From Wallemia ichthyophaga EXF-994 (taxonomy: Eukaryota; Fungi; Basidiomycota): 21,039 bases of DNA. The translations under genes and the position numbers were made by a program. The stretch's first letter is position 1. Each line of letters starts with the position of its first letter. This document shows, piece after piece, positions 20,010 to 21,039 of the stretch. The DNA is taken from positions 2,762-23,800 of the forward strand of contig NW_008806286.1 in assembly GCF_000400465.1 (NCBI RefSeq), given 5' to 3'. A model generated the notes under the pieces. The model did not search any database, was not told the DNA's origin, and was given only the letters and a program-made list of their open reading frames with translations.

Positions 20010-20089
20010 TGCATCAACCGGGAATCGAACCCGGGGCCGATCAAGTTTCCTAGTGGGAACGATCGAGGTTACCACTACCCCATCAATGC
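20010..20089 (-). tRNA. tRNA-Gly(CCC) with a 9-nt intron (20053-20045)
   Basis: Cloverleaf: acceptor GCATTGA/TTGATGC, D stem GGGT/ACCT, anticodon stem GATCG/TGATC with loop TT-CCC-A[CTAGGAAAC]T, and T arm CCGGG-TTCGATT-CCCGG. The mature length is 71 nt. Confidence 0.92.
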
Positions 20090-20407
20090 TGAACTTCTTA
20101 TGTTCTAGTTCAGATATATTCCAAAAGTTTTGTATAAAACAGATCAATTGCCGTTTCGGCGTGACATGAGACAAAATGGTGGCTCAGTGTAATTGAAAAC
20201 CACCAACAATTTACAAATTACGATGCTAGTCAAGAAACGCTTCCAGTAAAGTCAGCACCCCATTTGACTCTTCATGCTTTAAGAAGTGTTGATGAACGCA
20301 GCTTGAACATGTATCGTCCTAACAATATAATCAGATTTCACCATCATCATCATTTAGTGAGAACAATGAGAAGACCCCAAATCTAATCTATTTAAACGAT
20401 TCCTTTT

Positions 20408-20423
20408 TAGATAGATAGATAGA
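20408..20423 (+). repeat. (TAGA)4 microsatellite
   Basis: TAGATAGATAGATAGA read directly. It may be near the 3' end of the LINE remnant. Confidence 0.7.
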
Positions 20424-20559
20424 AATTATAATATAGTCAAAAACGTTACAACGATTAATAATCTTAGCCTATCTATACTTCTTGTGCATTGAAAGCTGAC
20501 GATTGTAGTGACTCAAAGGGATGCGGTTCTTGGCACGTGCACCGTAAATTGGGAGGTAA

Positions 20560-21039
20560 CTACGTGGAGCTACCGGAGGTGCATGGGTGGGTGCTGAGCT
20601 GGTGTTTGAAGAACTCGTAGAGAGTTATAAGAGCTTTTTCATTTGAAAGCATATATTTCATCTTGAACCTTAACTCCAATCCATATATCCTCCTCCTCAA
20701 CGATAATCTTGCATGATCGAATTTAACTACATCTGAAAATCCTGTGTGTGATACTGTCTACTTCATTGCACTTGCTGCAAAGTGGTGAGTCATACAGTTT
20801 GAATCGGAATCGGTAAGACTAGGCAGTAGGGAAGTGGCCTGAGCGGATCTGTGTGGCCACACTTCGCGCTCCACAGGGAAGCTTGTTGAAAATCCTGGCC
20901 GCCTTTGTAGAAGTTATCATACCCATTGCTCTGACTGCATCTTTCGACTTTGTTCCTGGTAAACTACGTGCATCTACTCTCAAGAGAGCAGTGTGTCGCT
21001 CACGCAGTTGTCCAAGGAAAGCGGAAAGAGCCGGCTTGC
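20560..21039 (-). mobile_element. Degenerate Tad1/I-like LINE, C-terminal part of ORF2; runs off the right edge
   Basis: The minus frame from 21037 reads ...SVATQIRSGHFPTA*SYRFRFKLYDSPLCSKCNEVDSITHRIFRC, i.e. the QLRxGH motif plus a C-x2-C-x8-H-x4-C knuckle. There is a nonsense codon at 20821-20819 and a +1 frameshift near 20725, after which the frame reads KFDHARLSLRRRIYGL...LSNEKALITLYEFF to TAG 20562-20560. Not in the ORF track. Confidence 0.8.

Noticed and set aside
20245-20340. Possible minus-strand C/D snoRNA (ATGATGA within a GAT repeat, downstream CTGA words)
   Set aside because: The C box arises from an (ATC)n microsatellite, and I found no terminal stem or recognisable guide.

Overview
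Gene-dense eukaryotic DNA from a fungus with a very compact genome. Most introns are 44-79 nt and several intergenic gaps are under 110 bp. It looks basidiomycete, possibly Wallemia-like, which is my inference from gene structure and not a database hit. About 16 protein genes are present: COG4, CHS7, UVRAG/Vps38-like, AMID/FSP1-like oxidoreductase, MAK31, an F-box gene, two tandem alpha/beta hydrolases, BUB2, KTI12, ALG1, RCC1L-like, PhzF-like, PPE1/PME-1 and a phosducin-like gene. There is also one intron-containing tRNA-Gly(CCC). Non-LTR retrotransposons bracket the window. On the left is an open CRE-clade-like restriction-like-endonuclease (RLE) element, followed head-to-tail by a 5'-truncated copy of a diverged sister subfamily; both end in the same 28-bp sequence plus a short CTAACC. 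On the right is a decayed Tad1/I-like LINE. The best leads are this possibly site-specific (perhaps telomere-associated) retroelement array, a 198-nt intron in the RCC1L-like gene that may host an ncRNA, the KTI12/ALG1 start codons only 18-39 bp apart, and an unusual splice-signal pattern (GTGGGT donors, repeated ACTCAC near 3' ends). All exon models were derived by hand and no searches were run.
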